From Leucoraja erinacea (lineage: Eukaryota): DNA of 64,000 nucleotides. This document shows positions 12,382 to 24,599 of the stretch, in pieces. Made by a program: the position numbers and the translations under genes. Location: contig NC_073415.1 of NCBI RefSeq assembly GCF_028641065.1, positions 9,238,001 to 9,302,000 on the forward strand. Direction: 5' to 3'. Each line of letters opens with the position of its first letter. Within the stretch, counting starts at the first letter, position 1. The notes beneath the pieces are model-generated. The model was not told where the DNA came from. It did not search any database and saw only the letters and a program-made list of their open reading frames with translations.

Positions 12382-13110
12382 ACTCTGTTTGTAGTCTACC
12401 TGGACGTTTCTTGTTGATTTATATAGTGTACTGTTCTGTGTCTTTTTTTCTTTTTTCTTTTTTCTTTTTTCTTTTGTATGGATTTATTGACATTTCATCT
12501 GTTCAATTAGTTTAATCAATCTCTGTAAAGCACTTTGGTTCAAATTGATTTTGTTGAAAAGTGCTATATAAATAAACATTATTTTTATTATTACCTTTCA
12601 CCCATTCTTGAGATTTGATGCTGCCATTCAGGACTCATTAGTTACTCCCCAGAATGTGGAAGTCTCTACCTCAGAAGGCAGTGGAGGCTGATTCTCTGGA
12701 TGCTTTCAAGAGTGAGTTGGAGTTAGCTCTTAAAGATAACGGAATCAGGGGACATGGGGAGAAGGCAGGAATGGGGTACTGATTGTGGATTATCACCATG
12801 ATCACATTCATGGCTCGAAGGGCCGAATGGCCTACTCCTGCACCTATTGTCTATTGTGACTTCATGCAGCTGACCCTTCTCCAGTTCTGGTTTAATCCCT
12901 GTCCGAGTGCCCAGAGAAGGATTCAACCTGTTATTTTCTAGAAAGGGTCTTGCATCTTGGACCTTGTTCTAACAAATGCCGAGGGTCTGCTTGCTGAGAC
13001 ATTACCAGTACTGTGCGGATGGATTCCTGCATTTGCCCCACGGGTTCTGCTCTGTTTTGCATCCCACAGAATTATAGCTGGGGCTGCTCACTGCAGTTGG
13101 CACAGGCTCA

Positions 13111-13206
13111 ATGATGTCCACAAAGGCAATCACCGCAAACCACATCGCTCACACCAGGAAGGCGGTGGAACAGCTGCGGATGGAGGCGGGCATCGAACGG
13201 ATTAAG
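13111..13206 (+). CDS. GNG14: G protein gamma subunit (GNG12/GNG7-like, GNG14 position), coding exon 1
   Basis: MMSTKAITANHIAHTRKAVEQLRMEAGIERIK then GTAAAT donor; acceptor before 13070. Symbol is assigned from synteny between DHPS and FBXW9. Confidence 0.85.
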
Positions 13207-14889
13207 GTAAATCCATGGCAATCAGTGGCAGGAGATGAAGAGACTTTTCTGGAGAATTTGTCAGTCAGTGGATCATGGGAGTGTGGTCAGCAGATTGATT
13301 CCAATTCGGGCATGAGACCAACTCGAGGAAGGGTGGAGAAGAAATGAGCAGGTCTGCAAAATAAATGACAGCTACAGATGGACAAATAAATGGTACCGAA
13401 ATTTGAGAAACCATAAACACAAAATATTATTAATTAGAAATTTAGTGAAACAGAAGAGAGCATGTTCTGTTCTGACACGTTCTAGACAAAGCTTTTTTTA
13501 TCTGGCAGCATGTCACCTTCTTCCCCTAGTTAATCGCTTTAGAGATACAGCATGGAAACAGGCCCTTTGGCCCACACCGACCATCCAATTCTGTTACTCC
13601 ACTCCCTCCACAGTGGGCAATTAACCTACACTACTGAACTTCTTTGGGATGTGGGAGGAAACCGGACACCCAGAGGAAACCCACACATTCACAGGGAGAT
13701 TGTGCAAACTCCATACAGACAGTACCAAAGGTTGTGAACAATCTTGGGTCTCTGATGCTGTGAGGCAGTGTTTCTGTGCTATCCTTATCCTTACACAAAT
13801 GGTGGTGGGTGTATGGAACGAGCTGCCAGTGGAGGTGGTTGAAGCAGGGGCTATCCCAACGCTTGAAACAATCAGACAGGGTATGACAGGTTTGTAGGGA
13901 TATGGGCCAAATACAAGCAGGTAGATCTAGTGTAGATAGGACATGTTGGTCGGTGTGGACGTTGGGTCAAAGGGCCTGTTTCCACACAGTATGACTATTA
14001 TCGGTTATCTCACTTCCATTTCCAGGAATTCATTATCTTTCAAAAGTTTTTGTAATTATGTTTTGTTTCATTCAAGCTACACATGGGTCAATTAAAAAAC
14101 TGCAAAGCAAGTTAGGAAAGTGACGTGGATATTGATCACAAGCAGATCAGTGCTGCGATCTTTGCTCTATCTGGGACCATGCTCACCATCCCTTTACCGC
14201 AGTATCAGCACATTTATCCACTTCTCTCTACGCCATGAGTTACGTCTGAAGAAAGGTCCTGACTCGAAACGTCGCCTGTCCATTTCCTCCCCAGATGCTG
14301 CCTGACCCGCTGAGTTCTTCCAGCGCTGCCTTCAGGAGCTGGTTCCACATTCTCACCACTTCCAGGATCATTTCCTAAGGGATTTATTTGTTTGTTCTTC
14401 TCACCGAAGAGTAGAAACATCTCTCAGGCACCAGGGTGGTTGTACTGTCGAGTGTGGGTGGGAGCAGGGATAAACCAAGGTGTGAATATGCTGATAGTTT
14501 TGTTTAGTTTATTGTATTGTATTGTATATCTTTATTGTCATTTTCCTGAGTACTCACATACCCAGAGGAAACAAAAAAACGTTGCTCAACCAGTGTCCAT
14601 TCAGTGTGCAGTAAAAAATAAATAGAAATTAAAAAAAAAAAAAACATATACACTGGAAAGTAATGATATTCCTGCATGCATGAAGTTCAAGGAGCAAACA
14701 GTAGACATGACAATAATAGATACAATAATAAATACAAAACCGCAAAATGGTGCTGAGATTATAGTGCAAAAAAAACCCCATAAACATTAAGAGTGGAATA
14801 ACTGAATGAGGTAGAGTTAAAAGTGGATGTGCCTTCCAGAAAGGGGTGTGATTTGTACAGGAGTCTGACAGCAGTGGGAAAGAAGCTGT

Positions 14890-15160
14890 CCATTTCTCCC
14901 CCACCCAAGTTGCCCCAGCTTCCCGTTCTCACCCACTGTAGCTAACAGCTAACAATGGCCTGTTTCCTTTATTATCGTTACATTTTCCATATCTTTCATT
15001 CTTTTGTTCTATATCTCTCTACATCACCGTTTATATCTCTCATTTCCCTTTCCCCTGACCAGCCTGAAGAAGGGACTCGACCGGAAACGTCACCCATTCC
15101 TTCTCTCCAGAGACGCTGCATGTCTGTCCCGCTGAGTTACTCCAGCATTCTGTGTCTATC
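14890..15160 (+). mobile_element. Penelope-like 3' UTR/pLTR fragment
   Basis: Pyrimidine-rich tract, then CTGAAGAAGGGACTCGACCGGAAACGTC and the family tail. Confidence 0.7.
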
Positions 15161-15689
15161 TTAAGCTGTTCTTAAGTCTGGATGTCCAGGGGCTTTCAAG
15201 CCCCTCTCCCAGAATATAGAAGACAGAGAAGGGAATAGCCAAGGAAGCAGGCATCCTTGACGACATGTAGACAAAAGTGCTGGAGAAACTCAGCGGGTGC
15301 AGCAGCATCTAAGGAGTGAAGGAAATAGGCAACTTTTCGGGATGAAACGTTGCCTATTTCCTTCGCTCCTTAGATGCTGCTGCACCCACTGAGTTTCTCC
15401 AGCACTTTTGTCTACCTTCGATTTTCCAGCATCTGCAGTTCTTAAATCTTTGACAACATGTCCGGCCTTCCTGATGCAACGCACAGTGAAGATGGACTGG
15501 ATGGAAGGTGATCAATATCTGCATCAGTTACCCAAGTTGATAACTACAAGTTTACGGGCATGTTTATGAGATGGGAAAGCAAGTCCCTGCAGGTAGGCCA
15601 AGTAATTTTACTGTCATGGAACAAACTCAAGGGTGATTTCTGAAACAATGCTGTAAAGGTTTTCACTCAAGGGAAGGGGGGTAATCAGT

Positions 15690-15972
15690 TTTTAGTTTGG
15701 GAGATACAGCGCGGAAACAGGCTCTTCGGCCCATCGAGTCCACGCCAACCAATGATCACCGGTGTACTAGTTATCCCACTTTCACATCCTACATATTAGC
15801 GACAATTTACAGAAGCCAATCAACCCACAAACCTGCCCACCTTTGGAATGTGGAAGGAAACTGGAGCCCACCTGGAGAAAACCCATGTGGTCACGGGGAG
15901 AACGGACAGTACCCGTAGTCAGGATCGAACCCGGGTCCCTGGCGCTGTGAGGCAGCAACTCTACTGCCGTGA
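15690..15972 (-). mobile_element. V-SINE (HE1-like)
   Basis: Head GGTTCGATCC B box, V core and tail. Confidence 0.85.
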
Positions 15973-16239
15973 TGCCCACTGGGATACCAAGAGCTTTAAC
16001 CTCATTTTCAGACACTAACTTTAGATTGGAGAACAGGTGTCATTTGGACAGGTACATGGATAGGAACGGTTTACAGGGATAGGGACAAAACGCATCAGGC
16101 TAGCCTAGATGGACGATCATGGTTGGCATGGGCAGGTTGGGCAGAAGGGCCAGTTTCTATGCTGTATGACTCTATCGCTTGCTTGCCTTTCACATACTTT
16201 AATCTCTTGGTCTCTCTCTCACACTCCCTCCCTCCACAG

Positions 16240-16365
16240 ATTTCAAAAGCTGCCACAGACCTGATGAACTACTGCGAGGAACATGGCACAAAGGACCCAC
16301 TGCTGACAGGAATTCCAACCTCCGACAATCCTTTCAAAGACAAGAAGCCTTGCGCCATATTGTAG
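16240..16365 (+). CDS. GNG14: G protein gamma subunit, coding exon 2
   Basis: Pyrimidine tract and CAG acceptor, [41 protein letters not shown], with DPLL, NPF and CAAX motifs. Confidence 0.88.
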   Translation: MSKAATDLMNYCEEHGTKDPLLTGIPTSDNPFKDKKPCAIL

Positions 16366-17204
16366 CCTCACCGACGGAGATTCATCACCCAGCATCTATT
16401 TGGAAGCATCATCCATTCCTGCATTACCCCAGACATACAGACCTCTCATTCCTCATCAGTCAATGTAGATGGCATACATTAATAATCTCAATTTCTGAGC
16501 TGTAGAGAGGCAGGAGCCGGCCAGAAGGTTGGGGAGCAGCAGTAGTGATGTACATATCGTAGTAACACAGCAAAGGCCCTGGGTACAAACATTGCAAATG
16601 GTCATTGTTTTATAGTGTTGAGAGATGGGGACGAAGAGTGGGGATGACATGGGACCTTTCTACCTTCTCAGTCCCCTCGGTCTTTGGTTAGAACCCAAGA
16701 TGGATTCTGGCTTCAGTCTTGAAGACAGCAATGTGCCCTTGGAGAGGTGTATGGTGGAGGTTCTGTGATAAGGTTTAGGTGCCAAAGGGTGGACAAGGGA
16801 AGGTCAGTGAGAAGACTTATTGTGTTAGGAATCATCAATTTTAATGCGTGACTGTTGGAAATTAAAGGCATTCTCCCGACTTCGCATTTGACTACAGCTT
16901 TCTGAATGTTATGACCAGGAGACAAGATGGAGGCAACATGGCGGAAGGAGATCTATGAGTCTGTTGAGCAGTATTAGTTCCAACTTCTCCATGCACACAC
17001 AACTACAACAGGATCTTCCCATCATGTGATTAAGAAAACTAAGATTATTTACTCTGCCTGCTTCCAAAAAGCATCAAAGTGCAGGGGTGAGAGGGTCTGA
17101 TCGGGTAACAGAAAGATAATCAGCCATGAAGGTGCAGCTCATTATCCAGAATTGTATATTCCTCAACCAAACGACTGCCGCTTGGGGTGAACAAGAATGC
17201 ATGT

Positions 17205-17210
17205 AATAAA
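17205..17210 (+). terminator. Candidate poly(A) signal of the GNG gene
   Basis: AATAAA about 840 nt after the stop, followed by a T/GT-rich tract. Confidence 0.55.
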
Positions 17211-17231
17211 TTGTATTACTTTGGGTAAGAA

Positions 17232-17489
17232 CTTTAGATACTGCGTGAAACAGTCTTCAGCCCACCCTGAATGGTGATCACCCCGTACACTAGCACTATC
17301 CCACACACTAGGGACAATTTACAACTTTTTTAACCGACAATTTCAAGGAACCAATTAACCTACAAACCCGCCTGTCTTTGGGAGTGTGGGAGGAAACCAG
17401 AGGAGCTGGAGGAAACCCACGCAGTCACAGGGAGACTGTACAAACTCTGCACAGACAGCCCCTTAGATCAGGATTGAACTCGGGTCTCT
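17232..17489 (-). mobile_element. V-SINE (HE1-like) between the GNG and FBXW9 3' ends
   Basis: Family similarity to 15690-15972. Confidence 0.8.
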
Positions 17490-17508
17490 AAATGTGACAA
17501 TAGAAGGT

Positions 17509-17514
17509 TTTATT
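17509..17514 (-). terminator. Candidate poly(A) signal of FBXW9
   Basis: AATAAA on the minus strand about 1.1 kb after the stop, at the edge of unique sequence. Confidence 0.55.
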
Positions 17515-18653
17515 GAATCCCATACTATTTGACCCACTGCTCTTTCTAAATATGCATTGGTATATATAATTATATATACTGGTATACTTTGAGTATGTAA
17601 GAAAAAGAAAAGGCATGAGGATTGCATTCAGGCAACTGGGGCAAACGCCAGGGCTTAGTGTCAGGAAAGATACAGGTTTTGTGAACATACAGGAAAAGGT
17701 ACAAGGAGAAGGCACAGACACAATTATTTTAAATCCATATAATGGTCGGAGAGGGCTCATGTCCTATGTTACAAACACACTACATCGTAAGGTTCATCTA
17801 GTTTCTGTGCTCAAGACGCTGGAGCAGGAATTGAACCCACAACCTTCTGATTCAGGCGAGTGTGTTGTCCCTGCAGACGAGGCAGAGCCACAAGGCCAGC
17901 TACCTGCACTGAGCCCTGGGTTCCATCCTGGAACCAAACCCTGCCACAGTAGAGAGAGAAGCAGGACAGAGGGGAGGAGAGGTGGTGTCACAGGGTTGGG
18001 AGCTGCTGTGCGATGAAGGGACGTTACAAAGTGCTTCTTTGTCTATATGTCAGCACAATCTTTCAGTGGGAGTCTCTTCAATGTACAGTCTGGAAATCAG
18101 ACAGAACGTCTCCCATCTACTGCTCTGAGGATATCGCCACTGATAAGTCCTTCAGCAGAATACCATGCATATTAAACACGCAATTATAATTACACATGTC
18201 CATGAATGTGGGTCAAAGAAGTGGATCGATGGATCTCAAAACATTGGAATTGCTGCAGGAAGAAAGCTCGCTCTAAGCAAAGCCGCAGCAGCCTCAGATT
18301 AAACAGTAGGGCTGCTCCCTGGCAGAGAACAGTACGACACCTGCCTCCTCCTGTGTGGCTCTGCATTCCTAGCACCTCCCACTATCACACACAGAAAGAA
18401 GAGATTCGAGGGTCAACAAGGAAGAATATTAGTGTGTAACTGTCCCATTCAATAAGAATTTAATGGATTAGGAAAATGATGGGGTTGTCTGAAGCCACAT
18501 AGTGCCAGTGGGAGATCTTACTAAAGTATGCTAAAGCATTCATTCCTTCATACGGAAGATCCTGACACCGGCTGTAGGCTGGCATGGGCTGAAGACCTCC
18601 TTACGCTGCTCTGCAGGAACCCAGGCCGCTGCCTCGGCTAGAGCCAGTCCTTG

Positions 18654-18728
18654 TCACTTGGTCATTTTCCAGATCTCCACAGTCATGGATCCAGAAGCTG
18701 CTGCCAACACGTCCCGTTCCACACTGAT
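18654..18728 (-). CDS. FBXW9: F-box/WD repeat protein 9, last coding exon (10)
   Basis: ISVERDVLAAASGSMTVEIWKMTK*, CAG acceptor. Confidence 0.9.
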   Translation of the reverse strand: MSVERDVLAAASGSMTVEIWKMTK

Positions 18729-18895
18729 CTGCAGCAGGAAATATCAATGCCAGCATTACTGGAGGTGTGCCCATCCCGCAAAAACACAGCTCACATCCCA
18801 TCGAGGGGGTACAGTGGTGCAGCGGTAGAGTTACTGCCCTACAGTGCCACAGACCCAATTCATTCCTGAATACGGGTACCGTCTGTAGGGAGATT

Positions 18896-19182
18896 AGTTT
18901 AGTTTAGAGATACAACACTGAAACAGGCCCTTCAGCCCACCTGGTCCGCACTGACCAGCGACCCCCACACACTAACACTATCCTACACACACTAGGGACA
19001 ATTTTTACATTTTTTATCAAGCAAATTAACCTACAACCCTGTATGTCTTTGGAGTGTGGTAGAAAACCCACGCAGATCATGACTAGAAGGTACAAACTCC
19101 ATACAGACAGCACACGTAGTCAGGATGGAACCCTGGTCTCTGGCACTGTGAGGCAACAACTCTACTGCTGCGCCACCGTGCC
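18896..19182 (-). mobile_element. V-SINE (HE1-like)
   Basis: Full head GGCACGGTGGCGCAGCAGTAGAGTTG and tail; partial plus-strand head at about 18808-18890. Confidence 0.85.
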
Positions 19183-19260
19183 ACTCTGTTGCGGAGATAG
19201 GCAGCAAATAGCCACCGAGCCTGGCCACCGCAAGCACGCACGCACGCGGACCGTACTCAC

Positions 19261-19326
19261 CCCATTCACCACGTCATTGTGCGGCAAAGTGCACACCGTG
19301 TGAGGCGGCTCCGTTGGTACGTGCAC
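19261..19326 (-). CDS. FBXW9: FBXW9 coding exon 9
   Basis: 66 nt, VHVPTEPPHTVCTLPHNDVVNG, AG/GTGAGT. Confidence 0.9.
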
Positions 19327-20281
19327 CTGGGGACAAAGTGAACACAGCCCATCAATATTAACACACCAGTGAATCAGGGGGTGCTGGGGCTCAGAGAGCA
19401 GGAGAAATCTACCTGAGGGTGAACTGGTCAAAAAGGTTCACAGCAAGCATCAGAGAAAGGTATCCAGAACGAAAGAGGAATAATCTTAACACCAAGAGAG
19501 TCCGGGATTCACTTTGTCACATAACCTCTCCTTTAAAATCCTTTGTTTTAGAAAGAACTGCAGATGCTGGAAAAATTGAAGGTAGACAGAAATGCTGGAG
19601 AAACTCAGCAAGTGAGGCAGCATCTCTGGAGCGAAGGAATAGGTGACGTTTCAGGTCGTGACCCGAAACGTTGCCTATTCCTTCGCTCCATAGATGCTGC
19701 CTCACCTGCTGCGTTTCTCCAGCATTTTTGTCTACCTTTAAAATCCTTTGGATACTTTTGGGACTACGTTTAATAGGTTACTATGCTGAAGAAAGTGGAG
19801 CAAAGGTACACAGCAGCTGTGATCTAACTGTATAGTCATAGAAAAAGGCCCTTCGGCCCAACTTGCCAATGCCAAGACACTAGTCCCTCCTGCCCATGTT
19901 CTGCACATATCCCTCTATAACGTATCCTATCAACGTACCTGTCTAAATGATTCTTAAAAGTTGCAATAGTACCTACCAACATCCTTGTAAATCTTCTCTG
20001 CACTCTTTCCAGCTTACCATGCAGTAGGCCCTTCAACCCATCGAGTTTATGCTAGCTTTCAGACCATTCCAAACAGTCTCATTCCCCATCTAGTTTCCTG
20101 TAACTTGTTTTCTCTCACAACAACCCCACCTCCCCCCCCAACCCCACAATCCTCTCTCCCACCCACACTAAAGGTAACTAACAGTGGCCCATCAGTCTAC
20201 CCGCTTCAGGATGAGGGGGCTAACTATATCCAGTGGAGAGGCACACAAACAGATATCAGAATCACCAGCTCAGGAGCTTAC

Positions 20282-20371
20282 CTTAATGGTCTTATCTGTT
20301 GATGATGTGTATAGGGTGCCCATGGAATGCTTGATCCCTGTCATCTGGGAATGATGACCAACATTGAAACA
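20282..20371 (-). CDS. FBXW9: FBXW9 coding exon 8
   Basis: 90 nt, [30 protein letters not shown]. Confidence 0.9.
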
Positions 20372-20759
20372 CTGGGGGAGAGAAGCAGAATAGATCATGT
20401 TGAGGAATGAGACGCCAGTAAAGTGATCACCATCGGTATTGGATAAGAAACCGGTTTCCCGCTGTGCCACACCCAGCTGCGTACCCTGCAGGCGATCAAT
20501 GTCAAGTCAAGTCAAGTTTATTTGTCACATACACATACGAGATGTGCAGTGAAATGAAAGTGGCAATGCTCGTGGACTTTTGTGCAAAAGACAAACAACA
20601 AAACAACCAAACAAATTATAAACACCATCATCACAAACATATTCTTTTACATAATAAATAATGGAAGGAAAAATGTTCAGTAGAGTTAGTCCCTGGTGAG
20701 ATAGCATGTATGTTCAACAGGGCTATAGAGCACACGCAGCTCACTTTACGCAACATAAG

Positions 20760-21027
20760 TGTAGAGTTGCTGCCTCGCAGCGCCAGAGACCCAGGTTCCA
20801 TCCTGACTACGGGTGATGTCTGTACGGAGTTTGTACGTTCTCCCTATGGCCGCATGGATTTCCCCGGGTGCTCCAGTTTCCTCCAAAGACGTGCAGGTTT
20901 GTAGATTAAATGGCTTTGGTAAAAATTGTAAAGTGTCCCCAGAGTGTTGGATATTGCTCGTGTACTGGTCAGTGTGGATTCGTTGGGCCAAAGGGCCTGT
21001 TTCCATGCTGTATCTCTAAACTAAACT
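20760..21027 (+). mobile_element. V-SINE (HE1-like)
   Basis: Head, core and tail as in the other copies. Confidence 0.85.
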
Positions 21028-21119
21028 TGACCCGAAACGTCACCCATTCCTTCTCTCCGGAGATGCTGCCTGTCCCACTTATTCTGAGACTGTGGCCCGT
21101 GGTTCTGGACTCTGGACTC

Positions 21120-21447
21120 GCCCAATGTTGGACGAGTTCAGAACCAGGGGCCGCACTCTTAGAATAAAGGGGAGGCCATTTAAGATTGAAGTGAGAAAAA
21201 CTTTTTCACCCAGAGAGTTGTGAATTTGTGGAATTCCCTGCCACAGAGGGCAGTGGAGGCCAAATCAATGGATGGATTTAAGGCAGAGTTAGATAGAGCT
21301 CTAGGGGGTAGTAGAATCAAGTGATATGGGGCGAAGGCAGGCACGGGTAAATGATTGAGGACGATCAGCCATGAACACATTGAATGGCAGTGCTGGCTCG
21401 AAAGGCCGAATGGCCTCCTCCTGCACCTATTTTCTATGTTTCTATGA
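21120..21447 (+). mobile_element. CR1/HER1-like LINE 3' fragment
   Basis: FFTQRVVNLWNSLP-type sequence and (TTCTATGT) tail. Confidence 0.8.
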
Positions 21448-21555
21448 ATTACTCCAGCATTTTGTGTTTGTCTTCGGTGTAAACCAGCATCCGCGGTTCC
21501 TTCCTACCCACAACTTGTTGTCAGAGCCAGCCGGAGACCAGGTGCAGGGCCTTAC

Positions 21556-21669
21556 CTTGACATGCTGGAAGTTGCCACCCTGTTGGTCGAAGACGTGTAC
21601 CAAGCCCCACTTGTCGCCGGCCCATAGCTCACCACGTTCATATGACATGCTCAGCAGGTAGGAGTCCAA
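21556..21669 (-). CDS. FBXW9: FBXW9 coding exon 7
   Basis: 114 nt, LDSYLLSMSYERGELWAGDKWGLVHVFDQQGGNFQHVK. Confidence 0.9.
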
Positions 21670-21996
21670 CTGAATGGGGAGGAGGAGATGAAAGCAAGTG
21701 AGAAGGGAGGTGGAGAGGGAGAGAGCGAGTCGAGAAAGTCGGAGGGAGCGGGAGCAAGGGTGTTCAATCATAAAGCATTCAATACGTCCAACGTTCCAAT
21801 TCAGTTTAGTTTATTTTCACATGACCGAGGTACAGTGAAAAGCTTTTGTTGTCCACTGAGTCTGGCCAGCTATCAGGCACGGACCAAAGGACATGGATGG
21901 GCAGTCAGGCAGGGGAAGGGAGGATACAGCAGGGCGACGGGAGGCTGTAGCTGCAACCATTCTCTGGCCTTATCTATTGCCAACGTCAATACGTAC

Positions 21997-22145
21997 CTGT
22001 AGCTTTTGTAGAACATGATTGTTTCTGCGATCTACTACCACCAGGGTCCTGTCCTCACTACCAGACAGTACAAAACGATCATCAGCTGCCAGGCACAGCA
22101 CCGCGCTAGAGTGCAGCTTCCGACTGGACACCACCGGGTAATTGA
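21997..22145 (-). CDS. FBXW9: FBXW9 coding exon 6
   Basis: 149 nt, WD repeat [30 protein letters not shown]. Confidence 0.92.
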
Positions 22146-22557
22146 CTGTGGGTTGGAGGGCACAGGGCAATAATCACCACCCACTCACCAATAATAAACC
22201 AGCAAAATCATTTACACGAGAAGGAATGGGTGACGTTTTGGATCAAGACCCTTGAGACTCAAGAAGGATCTCAACTCGAAACGTGACCCATTCCTTCTCT
22301 CCAGAGATGCTGCCTGTCCCGCTGTGTTACTCCAGCATTTTGTGTCTACCTTCGATTTAAACCAGCATCCGCAGTTCCTTCCTACACAAAATAATTTACA
22401 GACTGTTGGAGCAGCTCAATGGGTCTGACTTGCTCTAACAGTCTGTGAATGATATTTACACGTTGTATCTCTTGGAGGACATGGATCGGTGACTTTTCGG
22501 TTCGGAAGCGTTCTCATTGCAAATCTCGTTGCACTTATGTGCAATGACAATAAAAGA

Positions 22558-22588
<31 letters not shown>

Positions 22589-22792
22589 AACCAAAACTTC
22601 TGAAGAAGGGCTGCCGACCTGAAACATCACTTTTCCATGTCCTCCAGAGATGTTGCCTGACCTGCTGAGGTACTCTAGCACTTTGTATTTTTTGTATCCC
22701 CCCCCATCGAGCCCCCTTAGTTCTCGGAGGCCACCCCCCCCCCCCCCCCGCCGGGTTCTACCCCTCCCCATCAGCGCAAGGAGCATACTGAC

Positions 22793-22884
22793 CTCGCGGG
22801 TCGTACATGGTGACCAACTTATCGTATGATCCAGTTACCAGGACGTCAGGATGATACACCAGACAAAGCACAGCCGCCTTCCCT
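22793..22884 (-). CDS. FBXW9: FBXW9 coding exon 5
   Basis: 92 nt, [30 protein letters not shown], phases fit both neighbours. Confidence 0.92.
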
Positions 22885-22968
22885 CTGTGGAAATAACATC
22901 ACAGTCACCCATTCATCAGTTTGTAATGCCCAGCCCCCAAACATCAGAGGACAGCCGCCTCTTTAGAC

Positions 22969-23469
22969 CAGTGCTTCTTAAACTGGTGAATGGTTCACGC
23001 AAGGGCAAATTAAATTATTTTGGGGTGAATGAAACTAAAGGGGTGAATGGAGGGGTGAATGATTTAATTTATTCAGGTATTTATATATATTTTTCCACAA
23101 TTAAAAGAGGCTAGTTTTCCAAGAAAAACAACTCTAGCAATCAAAGCCCGAACGGGTAGGATGGGGCTGAAGCCCAGTGTTCCCAGGAATGGTTTTTTAT
23201 CTTTGGAATAATGATTTTCCAACTCCGGTGGTAACTAACCTTTTATTTTTCACTCCTAGTTTTTATAACATATTTTTAGGATGTTCAAAAAGTTGAATAA
23301 AATAAACATTTAAGGAATTAGTTAATTTATGTTTTTTGCTCATGTGGCAAAATAAATGATATATAAAATTATACAAGGGAGAATAAGACGAAAAAACAGA
23401 AGAAAATGTAGTCGGGGTGAATTAAATTTTGTGATAAAGACTCAAGGGTGAATGACGCTGAATGCACTG
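22969..23469. mobile_element. Non-autonomous hAT (Charlie-like) DNA transposon
   Basis: CAGTGC...GCACTG termini; 8-bp TSD CTTTAGAC/CTTCAGAC; subterminal GGGTGAAT repeats at both ends; AT-rich interior. Confidence 0.7.
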
Positions 23470-23915
23470 CTTCAGACATTAGAGCCACAGCCATCCAGCG
23501 ATCAACCCCGTACATCAGCCCTATCCTACAAGCTATGGACAATTTTACAACTTCCCAAAGCCAATGAACCTACAAACCCGCACGCCTTTGTAGTGTGGGA
23601 GAAAACTCACGTGGTCACAGGGAGAACGTGCAAACTCCGTACAGAAAGCATTCGTAGTCAGGATTGAACCCAGGTTTCTGGCACTGTAAGGCAGCAACTC
23701 TACCGCTGTACAACTGTGCCCACCCATTTTGTCTCCCCCCCTCCACCCCCAGCATCTAGTGGCTCAGGAACAACCATCTCCTCCAGCCATTCAATCAAGG
23801 GAGGTATTTTGGACATGCGGAGGGGTGTGAAATGCCCACAAGTGCAAATGGGCAGAGATGTATCTTCCTGTGCTGTTCTATCTTCTATGAAGTGATACAG
23901 AAACACAGCCACTAC

Positions 23916-24028
23916 CTGATGTCCCGGACTGCTGCCCCCTCTGCAGCCATGTCCCACAGCTTGATGCTGCTGTCCCACGATCCAGAGCACAGCATATTCT
24001 CCTGGGCTGCGAGAGCCCACACCCAGCC
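23916..24028 (-). CDS. FBXW9: FBXW9 coding exon 4
   Basis: 113 nt, GWVWALAAQENMLCSGSWDSSIKLWD (WD40). Confidence 0.93.
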
Positions 24029-24599
24029 CTGCAACAAGAGCACAGAAAGGGGGACACCAGTGTTTAGTTCAGTTTAGAGATGGAAACACAGTTTCTGTGG
24101 AAACAAGTCCTTTGGCCCACTGAGTGACATTTACCACAACATAATTGCAACCTTCACGTGGTCCGCCCTGTTTCGACGAATGCAATCAACCCGGTGTGCA
24201 CATTCAAATAAGATCAAATAGAACAAGTTGTCCTACAACTTTAGGCTGTGCACGCCATAGGCAAGAAGAAGAAGAAGATTGGCAGCTCATCGTGCAGACT
24301 GAGCAGAAGTCTGACTCAGGGGTTGGATGGTCTGACCAGAGGGAGGACGAAGTTCTCGGGTCGATAACATGACTCTCAGGTACATATAACATAAAACTAT
24401 CTCTGCATGTTTAGTTTAGTTTAGCAAAATAGCATGGAGACAGGCCGTTCAGCCCATCGAATGTCAGAGGTTATGGGGAGAAGGCAGGATAATGGGGTTA
24501 GGAGGGATATATAGATCAGCCATGATTGAATGGCGGAGTAGACCTGATGGGCCAAATTGCACAATTCTGCTCCTATCACTTATGACCTTATGATCAAAT

